Below, piece after piece: positions 49,304-60,312 of a stretch of 64,000 nt of DNA (positions within the stretch are counted from its first letter, which is position 1; the number at the start of each line of letters is the position of its first letter). Under the pieces are notes generated by a model, which saw only the letters and a program-made list of their open reading frames with translations, searched no databases and had not been told where the DNA came from. The stretch lies in assembly GCF_054482525.1 (NCBI RefSeq), contig NZ_CM137006.1; one strand, written 5' to 3'. Both the position numbers and the translations under genes were made by a program.

Positions 49304-49978
49304 CTTGCACCTATCATAAAATTAAAACAAGTTGATAGTAGTCAAATAACAACCAATTAAATACACAATCATAATCAGGATGATGTGCATTTATATTTTT
49401 ATACACAAAATTATAGTTTGCAAATTTTAATAAATTTCATTTAAGATTAAATTATTATATGTATATTGTTTTTTATTCTAACGTATTTCAAAGTTACATT
49501 TTTCAACGCTTACTATGCTTTTTATTAACATAAACTCACTACAACGCACCTGAAACCTCTTGCTATATATATGTCAACCGTTTGAATTTAAAATAAAAAG
49601 AGTATCATTTTTACTTGCATTTCTTATCAAGTCACATTCAACAACAGTAAAAAAACATTATTAGAACCATTCAATTAACAAAAAACCAACATCCAGCTTG
49701 CTTAATTTTTCTTTATTAAACGATATTGAAAATCAATTGATAAAATACATCTAAACAACCTTTTTGGGCGCAAAAGCATAACATCAAACAAACAAATAAC
49801 ACACCGAAAAAACTCACAATTAATAACCTATGATATACATACTGTTTATTATGGTTGAATAAGCCACTCGATATCTGGTGCTACGGAAGTGTCCACACGG
49901 TTTAGCAGCACCCGATACTTTTTCCAGGCTTCCAGCAACGAGTTTTCTTCCTCCGTTGCATATACAGCTCACCTTTTT

Positions 49979-50287
49979 TCACCCACGATTAACCAACAGC
50001 CAGACCAGCAGACACGCCACCACCGGCACAGCAAAATCCATCAGGCTTGCCACATCCCATGCACGTGTATCAAAACCGCCCCACCACGGCATATTCATTC
50101 GCTTGCCATGCCCGAACATTTCGATCCAGCGATATTCTGCCTGGGTGTGTTCACGCGCAATGAAGAACGTACAACCGGCTATCGCCCCGTAAGCCCAGTT
50201 CCCGGTAAAAAGACCAATCAGTAGCTGCGCAGCCACAGCACAAAGCGCATGAAGGAAAGGTGTTATATCCATTTTCATCCTACCCAA
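49979..50287 (-). CDS. Hypothetical small membrane protein (prophage)
   Basis: 102 aa ORF with two hydrophobic segments; family not recognised. Confidence 0.4.
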   Translation of the reverse strand: MGRMKMDITPFLHALCAVAAQLLIGLFTGNWAYGAIAGCTFFIAREHTQAEYRWIEMFGHGKRMNMPWWGGFDTRAWDVASLMDFAVPVVACLLVWLLVNRG

Positions 50288-50314
50288 TAAAACGGGGCGC
50301 TCGGCCCCTTAATA

Positions 50315-51355
50315 TTATTTAGACGCAAGCGCCGCATCAATTGCAGATAATCTTTGTCTTAATTCTGCGTTTTCTTCTTCCAGTGCTGTTATTCTGTCGT
50401 CTGACTCTCTGGCTACCTGAACAAGCAAGCCAGTAACACCAGAATAATCAACTGTGTAATAACGTTCACCTTCTTCACCTTCCGATCCGCTTGCACCGTC
50501 CTGATATTTCATTGCGGAACCTACAACTTCTGGGATTGCTTCCAGAGCTTCCTGTGCAATGACTCCAGCATAGGGCATACCGTTTTCTTTAAGCGTGTAT
50601 GTATAGCCGTTCATTTTACGGATGCGGTCGGTTGCATTATCGATCACCTGAATGTTGTCTTTCAGATCCCGGTCGGAATGCTGGTTAAATGCGGTGGCAT
50701 GACATGCACCATTAACGCTTAACATATAGGTGTTATCGGTATTTTTCTGCGCATAGAACATATAAGCGCCACCATCAGCACCAACTTCATATACAACCGG
50801 ACGGGTAGAGTTACCCCACAAACTAGTAGTAGCGCCAGAATGAGCGGTTCCCTGTGTGTTGATTGTCATGGTTGACCCATGATTGGCATATTTGATTTGT
50901 AATGTGTCTGTGCAGTCAAACTTAATAAGCGCGTTACTTCCCCGCACACCATACGACATGAGACAGTTCCCCATCTTAAGGTAACCATCACTGCCTGGAA
51001 AAATTAATGTTCCGCCGTAAAGATCGCTAAAATCCCAAAAGATACCTTTTGTTCCATTGTGTGTGACAATCCTTGTCATTGTATCTTTTGTACCGTCAAT
51101 ATTTTTTCTGGTGTACATCTCACTATAAGCGTTTTCGGTTTCTCCTGTCTTATTTGACAAGTGAATCTTACCGCTAAATATAGTTCCAGTGGTCGGCAAT
51201 GTCTTTTGATTATAGATTACATTGCAATAACTATTCCATGTTGTTTTATTGTCTACATATGATTTTGTTGCGTAGCTTCCTTGATCGTTTTTTAATTTGC
51301 TAACGTCGGATTTTAGCGTTTTGATATCATCAGGAATTACTGTCGATGTAGCCAT
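50315..51355 (-). CDS. Tail fiber-like protein with C-terminal peptidase S74 intramolecular chaperone domain
   Basis: 346 aa; C-terminal DLKDNIQ...GYTYTLKENG...ALEEENAELRQRLSAIDAAL typical of self-cleaving chaperone domains. Confidence 0.6.
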   Translation of the reverse strand: MATSTVIPDDIKTLKSDVSKLKNDQGSYATKSYVDNKTTWNSYCNVIYNQKTLPTTGTIFSGKIHLSNKTGETENAYSEMYTRKNIDGTKDTMTRIVTHNGTKGIFWDFSDLYGGTLIFPGSDGYLKMGNCLMSYGVRGSNALIKFDCTDTLQIKYANHGSTMTINTQGTAHSGATTSLWGNSTRPVVYEVGADGGAYMFYAQKNTDNTYMLSVNGACHATAFNQHSDRDLKDNIQVIDNATDRIRKMNGYTYTLKENGMPYAGVIAQEALEAIPEVVGSAMKYQDGASGSEGEEGERYYTVDYSGVTGLLVQVARESDDRITALEEENAELRQRLSAIDAALASK

Positions 51356-51364
51356 TTTTCTTCC

Positions 51365-51646
51365 TCACATCCAGCCACGAAGTTGATGCTCAACAGCAAC
51401 CGCGTATTCATCGAATAATGACGATATTTGCGAATCATTAATGATGCGCACGTTTACAAAATATCCGTCCTCCTTAACACATACCGGCTCGCCATCTTCA
51501 GTAAGTTCTCCGGTTTCTTTGTACACATTACCTATCACGTCAATAAGAATATCATCCTGCATCGACTCGTCATCATAATAGCCAATACTCTCCATAAAGG
51601 CCGAAAAGTCGGCCCTGTCGGCAAATTTGAGTGTTAAATCTTTCAT
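51365..51646 (-). CDS. Hypothetical acidic protein (prophage tail fiber region)
   Basis: 93 aa; start overlaps upstream stop (TAATG). Confidence 0.45.
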   Translation of the reverse strand: MKDLTLKFADRADFSAFMESIGYYDDESMQDDILIDVIGNVYKETGELTEDGEPVCVKEDGYFVNVRIINDSQISSLFDEYAVAVEHQLRGWM

Positions 51647-52263
51647 TAGATTGACTCCCCCATCTGAGCATCAGTCAATGCCTTGTGCCATATTCTGAAA
51701 TTCCTGACATGACCAAATAAATGACGCAACCCGGCTGTAGTCTGGCCTCCAATACGGATAATTGCGGTGTTCTGAATATAGGACCATGTGGCTTTCTTTT
51801 CGCTGGATATACGCCCGTTACTTACTGAGCACGTAGACTGATCTGACTTTACACGCATCCCCATAACCATTTTTTCAAGCGATGCGTTTTCGTTTACCCG
51901 TCTGTTAGCCAAACCTATATCGCAATAAGGAAATCCGTCGTAATCTGTTGAACGACCGAAGCCAAGAATAATAGCCGCTCCGGTTTGATGACCGCCGGTA
52001 TCAAAAACACGCGGTGCTGCATTTGGCGTTTTATACCAGTTCTTATGTACCTCACAAAGAACTGTAAAAGGAAGATTATAAAGGTTATTCTTGATTGAGA
52101 CTGTCACCATATCGCTTGCGCGAGTGCTTGCAATTATATCAGTTACAATAAATGACGAAGCACTTGATCCACCTTCCACTTGTGGAGTTGCGATATCCAG
52201 ATAGTCTCCAGATGCTGTGCCTGAACCTTTTACTGGAGCATATTGAACCATCGCACCAATCAT
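51646..52263 (-). CDS. Tail fiber distal segment, in frame with stf beyond an amber codon
   Basis: 205 aa ORF in same frame as stf, separated by TAG and 14 sense codons. Confidence 0.5.
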   Translation of the reverse strand: MIGAMVQYAPVKGSGTASGDYLDIATPQVEGGSSASSFIVTDIIASTRASDMVTVSIKNNLYNLPFTVLCEVHKNWYKTPNAAPRVFDTGGHQTGAAIILGFGRSTDYDGFPYCDIGLANRRVNENASLEKMVMGMRVKSDQSTCSVSNGRISSEKKATWSYIQNTAIIRIGGQTTAGLRHLFGHVRNFRIWHKALTDAQMGESI

Positions 52264-52305
52264 GCTCTCTGTATCTAGTGCATTAATTGTAGCCTGATAG
52301 AAAAT

Positions 52306-54030
52306 CTAACCAGTAGCCTCATCTTTTACAGCCTTTGCAATAATACGATTTGCTGCACCACCAGTCTTATCAATTACAAGTGTTGATAAATTGAGGTAAG
52401 CATCTCCCAAAAAAGTGTAAGTAGAACCATCATGATGTTCAAATCTTAAACGACACCTTATATTTTCAACATCACTTCTGACACGGCATGAAATGGTCAC
52501 ATATTTTTCATCACCTGTGACATCAAATCCTTTACTGCCAGAAACCGTTACGATATTAATCGCACTTGTCTGATCAATAAGAGTATCTTTTACAGTAAAT
52601 CTCCCATAAGTAAAATTAAAAGAATCCGTGGATATTTCTGTGAGTTCCAGATTGCCTGACTTATTCCATTTAGATGGATTTGTTGAATTAAGCAGAAGAT
52701 TAGTTCTTTGCCCCTCAATAAGCAGGCCATCACGTTCAAATCGCGGCTCGTCAATGGCAGCCTCTGTCAGTACACCAGATTTATTAATATAGGTTGCTTT
52801 CGATGCGCGTTTAAACTTAACAACCTTGTCACCAGGCATCGTTATTTCATCATCACCAATAACAATCTTTTTATATGATGGCGAAAAGCCCGTAATCATA
52901 TCCAGTGAATCGTTAAACGGTATCCACACATCGGGAAGCGGCTGCAAAACTTGTTTATACGGCTCCGCAGCCTGGCTTGCATACTCTCTGGCTGCGTCTT
53001 CACTTGCTTTTGCAGCCGTCTGGCTTGCAGCGGATGCTTTCGCCGAGTTAGCCGCCGCAGTCTCGCTCGCCTTTGCGTTGGTTTCACTGGTTTTTGCAGC
53101 TTTTTGACTGTTGGCTGATGCAGTGGCAGAAGAAGCCGCCGCACTTGCAGAACCAGCTGCGGCACTCTCGCTTTGGGCTGCAGCATCCTGACTGTTTTTC
53201 GCCGCAGTTTCACTGGCTTTGGCATTCGTTTCGCTGGTCTTCGCTGCCGTCTGGCTGGACTTTGCGTTAGTTTCACTCGTCTTCGCAGCTTTCTGGCTGT
53301 TAGCCGCAGCAGTTGCTGATCCAGCTGCTGAAGTCGCAGAACCGGCTGCCGCGCTCTCGTTTTGGGCTGCTGCAACCTGGCTGTTTTTTGCCGCAGTTTC
53401 ACTGGCTTTGGCATTCGTTTCGCTGGTCTTCGCTGCCGTCTGGCTGGACTTTGCGTTGGTTTCGCTCGTCTTTGCGGCTGTCTCGCTATTTTTCGCGTTG
53501 GTTTCTGATTTTTTGGCTGCTGCCGCGGAGTTTGCTGATGCAGTCTGTGAGGTCGCTGCCGCCTGTGCACTATTAGCTGCATTCGTTTCTGAGGTTTTCG
53601 CCGCGTTCTTCGATGATGCCGCTGCAGTTTCGGATTTCTTTGCCGCCGCTGCGCTCTGAGAGGCGGCTTCAGCGTTGCGTGCCGCTTCTTCCACCATTTC
53701 CTCAAAACGACGCAATGCCTCCGGCATGACATCATCTTCCGTCATGGCACCGAGAAAATCATTCAGCGTACCTGGTCTGGAACCTTCATAGACGGTAATG
53801 GTCCCGGCATGCGAAGGCGGAAAACCTTCAACCAGCAGGGTGACGCTGTACTGGCCATACTCAACATCCATGCTGTAACGCCCGGCTTCATCAGGATTTT
53901 CAGAGGCCACCGTGTTCACCAGTACCGTGGTGCTGTTACGCTTTGCCTTCAGTTGAATAGTGCAGTTCTGTATTGGTTTTCCCGCACCATCTTTCAGCAC
54001 ACCTGAGATTTTTACTGCTGCCATATCCAC
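52306..54030 (-). CDS. stf: Side tail fiber protein Stf (N-terminal and shaft portion)
   Basis: N-terminus MAAVKISGVLKDGAGKPIQNCTIQLKAKRNSTT matches lambda Stf; Ala/Ser/Thr-rich repeats; ends at TAG 52306-52308. Confidence 0.85.
   Translation of the reverse strand: MDMAAVKISGVLKDGAGKPIQNCTIQLKAKRNSTTVLVNTVASENPDEAGRYSMDVEYGQYSVTLLVEGFPPSHAGTITVYEGSRPGTLNDFLGAMTEDDVMPEALRRFEEMVEEAARNAEAASQSAAAAKKSETAAASSKNAAKTSETNAANSAQAAATSQTASANSAAAAKKSETNAKNSETAAKTSETNAKSSQTAAKTSETNAKASETAAKNSQVAAAQNESAAAGSATSAAGSATAAANSQKAAKTSETNAKSSQTAAKTSETNAKASETAAKNSQDAAAQSESAAAGSASAAASSATASANSQKAAKTSETNAKASETAAANSAKASAASQTAAKASEDAAREYASQAAEPYKQVLQPLPDVWIPFNDSLDMITGFSPSYKKIVIGDDEITMPGDKVVKFKRASKATYINKSGVLTEAAIDEPRFERDGLLIEGQRTNLLLNSTNPSKWNKSGNLELTEISTDSFNFTYGRFTVKDTLIDQTSAINIVTVSGSKGFDVTGDEKYVTISCRVRSDVENIRCRLRFEHHDGSTYTFLGDAYLNLSTLVIDKTGGAANRIIAKAVKDEATG
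53201..53578 (-). repeat. Tandem 189 bp duplication inside stf
   Basis: Near-identical 63-codon units starting at 53201 and 53390. Confidence 0.8.
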
Positions 54031-54088
54031 TCCACAAAAAAGCCCGCCTGAACCGGCGGGCTGTCATAACACTGTGTTACCTGGCTAA

Positions 54089-54688
54089 TCAGAATTTATA
54101 ACCGACACCCACGATGAAACCGTCAGTGCGCCAGTCACCACTGCCGGAACCTTCATAAGCAAGGTCAATGGCCACGGATTCGGTCGGGTTAAACTGCACG
54201 CCAGCCCCCCACGCCAGAGACGTGTTGCTGTGGCGACCGTCATCACTTCCGGTCAGCACATCGTGCGTTTTCCCCTTGTTGTCAGTTACGCGGAGATAAT
54301 CCCCGGAGAAGGTCGACACACGGCTGTAAGCCATACCCGCCATCGCATAAGCACTGAACCATTCATTCACGCGTACAGATGGCCCCGCCATCATGCTGAA
54401 CCAGCGGTTACACACTGAATCTTCATGCCAGCGGGTATCGCTGTAATGCGTTTTTTGCTCATCTTTGGCATTGGCATAACTGAATGACGTCACCAGCCCC
54501 AGCGTGTCCGTAAATTCATAACGGTATTTCACGTTAATGCCCTTCAGGTCATCACTGCCTGGCATATCAGTATGGGTCTGAAGATACCCGGCGCTTAGTG
54601 TGGACTGATGCTCTGCTGCGCTCGCTGGCGTACCAGCGGCAACCAGCCAGACTACTGCGGACAGAATAACAGCACATAATTTACGCAT
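54089..54688 (-). CDS. lom: Outer membrane protein Lom (Ail/Lom family)
   Basis: 199 aa, signal peptide, C-terminal GYKF; between J and stf as in lambda. Confidence 0.85.
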   Translation of the reverse strand: MRKLCAVILSAVVWLVAAGTPASAAEHQSTLSAGYLQTHTDMPGSDDLKGINVKYRYEFTDTLGLVTSFSYANAKDEQKTHYSDTRWHEDSVCNRWFSMMAGPSVRVNEWFSAYAMAGMAYSRVSTFSGDYLRVTDNKGKTHDVLTGSDDGRHSNTSLAWGAGVQFNPTESVAIDLAYEGSGSGDWRTDGFIVGVGYKF

Positions 54689-54755
54689 AATTACCTCTCG
54701 CTTTTCTGCAATAAAAAAGGCGTCATTTCTGACGCCCGTATTGAGGTTATAAAAT

Positions 54756-57700
54756 TCAGCTGATACTGATGCCTGCGGTGGCTTTCTTCATCACCACAAC
54801 CAGCAAATCGCTGATACTTGCTGTGGGATACCAGTCATTTACCAGCCATGCTGACACCGAAAACTCCAGCGTCATGTGACCGTGACCGGCAGGCATATCA
54901 ATAACGCCACTGTAAATCAGCGTATTATCCAGCGCGGTACGGTTATAAATTTCAGCACCGTTTTTCCGCACTATCAGACGGCATGAGGAGTAAATATCAG
55001 TATGCTCTCTCTCATGTTTAGCGCCGCTGAATGCCACCGCCGGAATAACAATCTGCCGGTCAAACGGCTGATCGTCATAAACCCTGACGGTAATGGTCCC
55101 TGATGGCCACCGTTCCGGTGCACGGGAGTCCCGGGGGAAAGCTTTGCCCACTGTTTTAACGAGATCGCCTTCAATCTGGTTCGCGGACAGTTTTCCCAGA
55201 ACCCGGCAGTTCTCGTTAATCGTGACGTTGTTGAGCGTCCCGGAGTTCGCATTCACGTTACCGCTGATATCGGCATTTTTCGCCGTCAGCCGCCCGTCCG
55301 GTGTCAGGGAAAATGCCGGAGGATTACCGCCGCTGGTAATGGTGGGAGCCGTCAGATATTTCAGGAACACTTCGTTCATGAATATCTGATCGCCCTGACC
55401 AACAAACATCGGCTTTGTGTTGCCATTCGCAGGATTAACCATCGCAATCCTGTCCGCCGCCAGCAGCACCTGACTCTGCATGCCGTCAGGGGTGTTCTCA
55501 ATACCGGCACCAATACCCGCGATATAAAGGCGTCCGTCCTGCATCTGCTGCAGCTTCACAGCCCACATGCTGTTCAGGTTATTATTTGTATCAACCTGAA
55601 CCTTCTGTATCTGCTGAATTGCCGCACTCTGGTCTTCCAGTTTCTTATTGACGGTCTGCGTGATTTCATTGCTGACATCCGTAATGGACGTCCTGATTTC
55701 AGCCAGGTCAGGCGCAAGCTGACCGTTATCAATCTGCGTCCACAGCTCCTGAGCCAGATGGCTTTTCCCTATCTCGCCTTTGAAAAAATCCAGATAGCCG
55801 GATGCATCATCACTCGGCTGGCCAACAGCCTCCACAAATGCCGATTTGCCAACGGTGTTCACACTGCGGATGTAAAAATAATAATCATGGCCCGGTTTGA
55901 TATTGATACTGGCGGCTATCCAGTACAGCGCCGTGCCAAGATAGCGGGCTGTGGTTTCAACCTGCCTGATATCGGTAATCCGCGTTTCCGAGAACCAGAA
56001 CTCAAACTGTACCGTCGGATCATAAACCGCAAGATGCGGCGTGGCAGTTATCTGAAAATAGCCCGGCGTCAGCTCAATCCGCGACGGCGCTGCCGGTGCG
56101 GCAATCCGGAACGATACCGATGCCGGATCGCCCTGCTGTCCCCACGCATTTACCGCCCGGACCGTCAGCGTGTAACGCCCCAGCGCCAGTTGCCTGAAGC
56201 GGTATGTGGTTTCCGTCGTCCTGGCCGTGCTGACCAGCCGCTCACTGCCGTCGTCCGCTGCCACGGTCAGGCGAAGCAGGAAGCTCACGCCCTTCACCAC
56301 CTTCGGCGTGTCCCAGCGGGCCAGTACCTGATACTCCCCGCTGTCTGCAGTGACTTCGGCAGTCAGGTGCTGCACCGCTGGCGGCGTGACACCATTCACC
56401 GTGCCGCTCTGGTCACCGTCAAAGTGCGCCCCGTTATCCACGATGGCTTCTTTCTCCGGTACATGCTGCACGGCAGTGATGGCATACGTGCCGTCGTCGT
56501 TCTCACGGATACTCACACAGCGGAACAGTCGCTGACGCAGCGTCGGCAGCTTCAGCCCCCATACGCTGTATTCAGCAACACCGTCAGGAACACGGCTCAC
56601 TTTTACCTTCACGCCGTCGGTGACGGACTGAACCTCCACGCTGACCGGATTGCCACTTCCGTCAACCAGGCTTATCAGCGTGGTACCGGAGGATGGCAGC
56701 GTGATTTCACGGTCGAGCGTCAGCGTCCGGGTCTGGCTGTTTACCGCCAGCACGCGCCCGCCGGTGCTGATACCGGCATAGTCATCATCGCAGATTTCAA
56801 TGACATCGCCCGGTACATGGCGAAGCCCTTCTGCACCCACGCTGAAGTCCACGGTCTGCGTTTCCAGCAGTTCCGTTTTAATCAGCCACAGCCCGGCGCG
56901 GTGCGCCTGCCCCCGGCTGGTACAGCCAAAGGCATCCATCTTCGTGACATTACGACCGTAACGGGCAATGGCCTGCGTATCTTCAACAAGCTCTGTCGCC
57001 GTCTCCCAGCCGTTGTTCGGGTCAATCCAGTTCACCTCAACGGCATTATGGCGGTCCTTCAGGGCGCTGAAGCTGTAGCGGAACGGCGCGCCATCATCCG
57101 GCATCACCACATTACTGCGGTTATAGGTCCACACCTTATCTGATGGTCGGTCCTGCACGAACGTCAGCGTCTGCCCGTTCCATACCGGCATACAGCGCAT
57201 CGCCGAGCAGAAATCACTGAGCACATCCCACGCCTTACGCTGCGTGGTCAGGTAGGCATTACAGGTGATGCGCGGCTCCGTGCCGCCAAAACCGTCCGGC
57301 ACTGACTGGTCGCAGTACTGGCCGATGACATACAGCGCCCATTTATCCACATCCGCCGCACAAAGACGTTTCCCCATGCCGTAGCGCGGGTGGGTCAGCA
57401 TATCCCACAGACACCAGGCCGGGTTGTTGCTGTATGCCGGCTTAAACGTTCCGTCCCAGATACCGCTGTATTGCCGCGTCTGCGGGTTATAGTTCGACGG
57501 CACCTGCAGAATGCGCCCGCGAAGATGATAATTACGGCTCACCTGCTGGCTGCCGAACTGCTCCGAGTCCACCTGCACGCCGACCAGTGCCGTGTTCGGG
57601 TAGCACTGTTTCACATCGATGATTTCGGTGTATGACGACCAGAGCGTTTTGTTCTGCAGCTGGTCTGTGGTGCTGTCCGGCGTCATCCTGCGCATCCGGA

Positions 57701-58235
57701 TATTAAACGGGCGCGGCGGCAGGCTACCCACCACCACCGAGGCCAGATACTGCGAGGTGGTTTTGCCCTTAATGGTGATGTCTTTTTCCGTCACCCAGCC
57801 ACCGTTACGTTGTATCTGAACCAGCAGACGGACTTCCGACGGATTCCTGTCCCCCTTTGAGGTGGTTTCCACCAGTGCCTGTACACCGAAGGTAAAGCGC
57901 AGACGGTCGATGTTTGCAGACGTAATGGTGCGGGTGATCGGCGTGTCATATTTCACTTCCGTACCCAGCACCGTCTCGGAGCCGGAGGATTCAAACCCCT
58001 CCGGCGGTGTCTGCTCCTGCTCACCGGCACGGAACACCACCGTGACACCGGAGATGTTGGTATTCCCCTCAGTGTCCAGCACCGGCGTACTGTTCAGCAG
58101 CACGCTTTTTAATCCATCCACCGGACCTTCAACCGGCCCTTCGCTGATGGCATCGATCACACTCAGCAACTGCGTGGACTTCAGGTTGTCCTTCGCTTCG
58201 CGCGGGGTATGCCCCTTACTGCTTCCTTTACCCAT
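54756..58235 (-). CDS. J: Tail tip host specificity protein J
   Basis: 1159 aa, lambda gpJ-like along its length. Confidence 0.9.
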   Translation of the reverse strand: MGKGSSKGHTPREAKDNLKSTQLLSVIDAISEGPVEGPVDGLKSVLLNSTPVLDTEGNTNISGVTVVFRAGEQEQTPPEGFESSGSETVLGTEVKYDTPITRTITSANIDRLRFTFGVQALVETTSKGDRNPSEVRLLVQIQRNGGWVTEKDITIKGKTTSQYLASVVVGSLPPRPFNIRMRRMTPDSTTDQLQNKTLWSSYTEIIDVKQCYPNTALVGVQVDSEQFGSQQVSRNYHLRGRILQVPSNYNPQTRQYSGIWDGTFKPAYSNNPAWCLWDMLTHPRYGMGKRLCAADVDKWALYVIGQYCDQSVPDGFGGTEPRITCNAYLTTQRKAWDVLSDFCSAMRCMPVWNGQTLTFVQDRPSDKVWTYNRSNVVMPDDGAPFRYSFSALKDRHNAVEVNWIDPNNGWETATELVEDTQAIARYGRNVTKMDAFGCTSRGQAHRAGLWLIKTELLETQTVDFSVGAEGLRHVPGDVIEICDDDYAGISTGGRVLAVNSQTRTLTLDREITLPSSGTTLISLVDGSGNPVSVEVQSVTDGVKVKVSRVPDGVAEYSVWGLKLPTLRQRLFRCVSIRENDDGTYAITAVQHVPEKEAIVDNGAHFDGDQSGTVNGVTPPAVQHLTAEVTADSGEYQVLARWDTPKVVKGVSFLLRLTVAADDGSERLVSTARTTETTYRFRQLALGRYTLTVRAVNAWGQQGDPASVSFRIAAPAAPSRIELTPGYFQITATPHLAVYDPTVQFEFWFSETRITDIRQVETTARYLGTALYWIAASINIKPGHDYYFYIRSVNTVGKSAFVEAVGQPSDDASGYLDFFKGEIGKSHLAQELWTQIDNGQLAPDLAEIRTSITDVSNEITQTVNKKLEDQSAAIQQIQKVQVDTNNNLNSMWAVKLQQMQDGRLYIAGIGAGIENTPDGMQSQVLLAADRIAMVNPANGNTKPMFVGQGDQIFMNEVFLKYLTAPTITSGGNPPAFSLTPDGRLTAKNADISGNVNANSGTLNNVTINENCRVLGKLSANQIEGDLVKTVGKAFPRDSRAPERWPSGTITVRVYDDQPFDRQIVIPAVAFSGAKHEREHTDIYSSCRLIVRKNGAEIYNRTALDNTLIYSGVIDMPAGHGHMTLEFSVSAWLVNDWYPTASISDLLVVVMKKATAGISIS

Positions 58236-58295
58236 TCCTCACGCTCCATAAATGACAAAACCGCCCGCAGGCGGTTTCACATAAAACATTTTGCA

Positions 58296-58967
58296 TCAGC
58301 GACCAATCACCACAACCTGACCACCGTCCCCTTCGTCTGCCGTGCTGATCTCCTGAGAAACCACGCGTGACCCCACGCGCATTTCCCCGTACAGAACAGG
58401 CAGAACATTGCCCTGGGCAACCATGTTATCCAGTGAAGAGAAATAGGTGTTCTGCTTACCGTTATCCGTTGTCTGTGTACGGGGAGTTCTGGCTTTCGGT
58501 GCCAGCATCTGCGCCACACCACCGAGCACCATACTGGCACCGAGAGAAAACAGGATGCCGGTCATACCACCGGCCCCAATGGCTGCCCCCCATGCTGCAA
58601 GGGTGGCTCCGGCGGTAAAGAATGATCCGGCAATGGCGGCAGCCCCCAGGACAATCTGGAATACGCCACCTGACTTGGCCCCGGCGACTCTGGGAACAAT
58701 ATGAATCACAGCGCCATCAGGCAGAGTCTCATGTAACTGCGCCGTTAACCCGGACGTGCTGACGTCCCGCCCGGCAATCCGTACCTGATACCAGCCGTCG
58801 CTCAGTTTCTGACGAAACGCCGGGAGCTGTGTGGCCAGTGCCCGGATGGCTTCAGCCCCCGTTTTCACACGAAGGTCGATGCGGCGGCCAAATCGTTGTA
58901 AATCCCCGTAAAGGCAGATGCGCGCCATGCCCGGTGACGCCAGAGGGAGTGTGTGCGTCGCTGCCAT
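58296..58967 (-). CDS. I: Tail assembly protein I
   Basis: 223 aa, lambda gpI-like. Confidence 0.85.
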   Translation of the reverse strand: MAATHTLPLASPGMARICLYGDLQRFGRRIDLRVKTGAEAIRALATQLPAFRQKLSDGWYQVRIAGRDVSTSGLTAQLHETLPDGAVIHIVPRVAGAKSGGVFQIVLGAAAIAGSFFTAGATLAAWGAAIGAGGMTGILFSLGASMVLGGVAQMLAPKARTPRTQTTDNGKQNTYFSSLDNMVAQGNVLPVLYGEMRVGSRVVSQEISTADEGDGGQVVVIGR

Positions 58968-59608
58968 TTGTCGGTGTACCTCTCTCGTTTGCTCAGTTGT
59001 TCAGGAATATGGTGCAGCAGCTCGCCATCACCACAGTAAATGGCGGCATGATTCGGCACCGATGAACCAAAACAGCACAGCAGCACATCGCCCGGTTGTG
59101 CTGATGACAACGGCACCTGATACAGCCCTGTGGCCTCCAGATTATCCAGATAGAGATTCTGGCCGTTACGCCACCAGTCATCCTCACGATGAAAGTCCGG
59201 CATCTCAATCCCCGCCAGATGATAAGCATCCCGGAACAGTGTGTAACAGTCCGTCACACCGTGCTCAAAGCGCCGCCCGGTGAGATGCGGCACACAGCGG
59301 AACTTATGAATCGTCCCCCGGCAGACCAGCCACCACGGCAAATCACTCTGCACCTGCAGCCGCCGGTCGGCCTCACTCAGCCAGGGCAGACCACCGGGGT
59401 GGCTGTGGACCAGCGCCACAATCTCACCCTGCATTTCTGCCTGCAGCCAGTCTTCCGGCGACATACGGAAATACGCCTCCGGCTCACCGGAGATATTCAC
59501 GCAGGGGAAATATCTTTCCCCCTCCGGCGTGCTTACCACGAAGCCGCACGACTCCGCTGGCGCACATCGCCGGGCGTGCGCCAGAATCGCTGATTCTGTC
59601 TGTGTCAT
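58865..59608 (-). CDS. K: Tail assembly protein K (NlpC/P60-like)
   Basis: Lambda gpK-like; 3' end overlaps I. Confidence 0.8.
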   Translation of the reverse strand: MTQTESAILAHARRCAPAESCGFVVSTPEGERYFPCVNISGEPEAYFRMSPEDWLQAEMQGEIVALVHSHPGGLPWLSEADRRLQVQSDLPWWLVCRGTIHKFRCVPHLTGRRFEHGVTDCYTLFRDAYHLAGIEMPDFHREDDWWRNGQNLYLDNLEATGLYQVPLSSAQPGDVLLCCFGSSVPNHAAIYCGDGELLHHIPEQLSKRERYTDKWQRRTHSLWRHRAWRASAFTGIYNDLAAASTFV

Positions 59609-59613
59609 GGGAT

Positions 59614-60312
59614 TTACTGCGAAAGTTTGTTAATGGAAAGGAAGCCGCCAAAGTTGCCGACGTTATTGCGGAACTTACAACCGCTCAGGCATTTGCTGCA
59701 TTTATCCTTCGTGATATCGGACGTTGGCTGGTCATATTCATCCGCGACAGCCGGACCGCTATAACCGCACTCGTCACCGCGATAGGTCCAGGTGCAGGTG
59801 TTGGCCAGCATGATACGTCCCGGAAAAACAGCGCCATCCGTTTCCGTCGGCGTGGACAGTACAAAGGAGGCACTCACCGCGCTCAGTTCGCTGCACTGCT
59901 CAATGCGCCAGCGGCTGATCACCTCCTGCTCCGGATCGGCGTAACTGTTTCCGTTGACGAAGTTCACCGCATCCAGAAAACGGGCGTAAACCTTACGCCG
60001 GACCACCGTTCCGCCGACCAGACTCTGCATATCTTCCGCCATCCCGGTGACCATACCGTACAGGTTAGAAACCGTCAGCGTGGGGCGCGTACTGGTGCCT
60101 TTGCCATTCAGTTCAAAACCGCTCCCCTGAATGGGATACGGCTGATACTGTCGCCCCTGCCAGGTGACCGGCTCACCTTTTTCGTTCTGCTCATTACAGA
60201 AAAAATAACGTTCTCCACCGACCTCTGTCAGGTCGATTTCCCAGAGCACCACGCTGGCCGACTGCTCCGCACGGGTGCATTCATTCAGTGTTTCCTGCCG
60301 GATATCCTGCAT
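59614..60312 (-). CDS. L: Minor tail protein L
   Basis: 232 aa, same length and character as lambda gpL. Confidence 0.85.
   Translation of the reverse strand: MQDIRQETLNECTRAEQSASVVLWEIDLTEVGGERYFFCNEQNEKGEPVTWQGRQYQPYPIQGSGFELNGKGTSTRPTLTVSNLYGMVTGMAEDMQSLVGGTVVRRKVYARFLDAVNFVNGNSYADPEQEVISRWRIEQCSELSAVSASFVLSTPTETDGAVFPGRIMLANTCTWTYRGDECGYSGPAVADEYDQPTSDITKDKCSKCLSGCKFRNNVGNFGGFLSINKLSQ

Noticed and set aside
53201-53578. Possible CRISPR-like repeat array
   Set aside because: Only two long (189 bp) coding repeat units inside a tail fiber gene; no short repeat-spacer periodicity and no cas genes.
52896-53735. Arg/Lys-rich 279 aa and Ala-rich 146 aa ORFs in other frames of the stf repeat region
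   Set aside because: Frame artefacts of the repetitive stf sequence; the stf frame matches lambda Stf.
55758-57143. 461 aa plus-strand ORF
   Set aside because: Antisense to the well-supported lambda J gene; Arg/Pro-rich composition typical of antisense translation.
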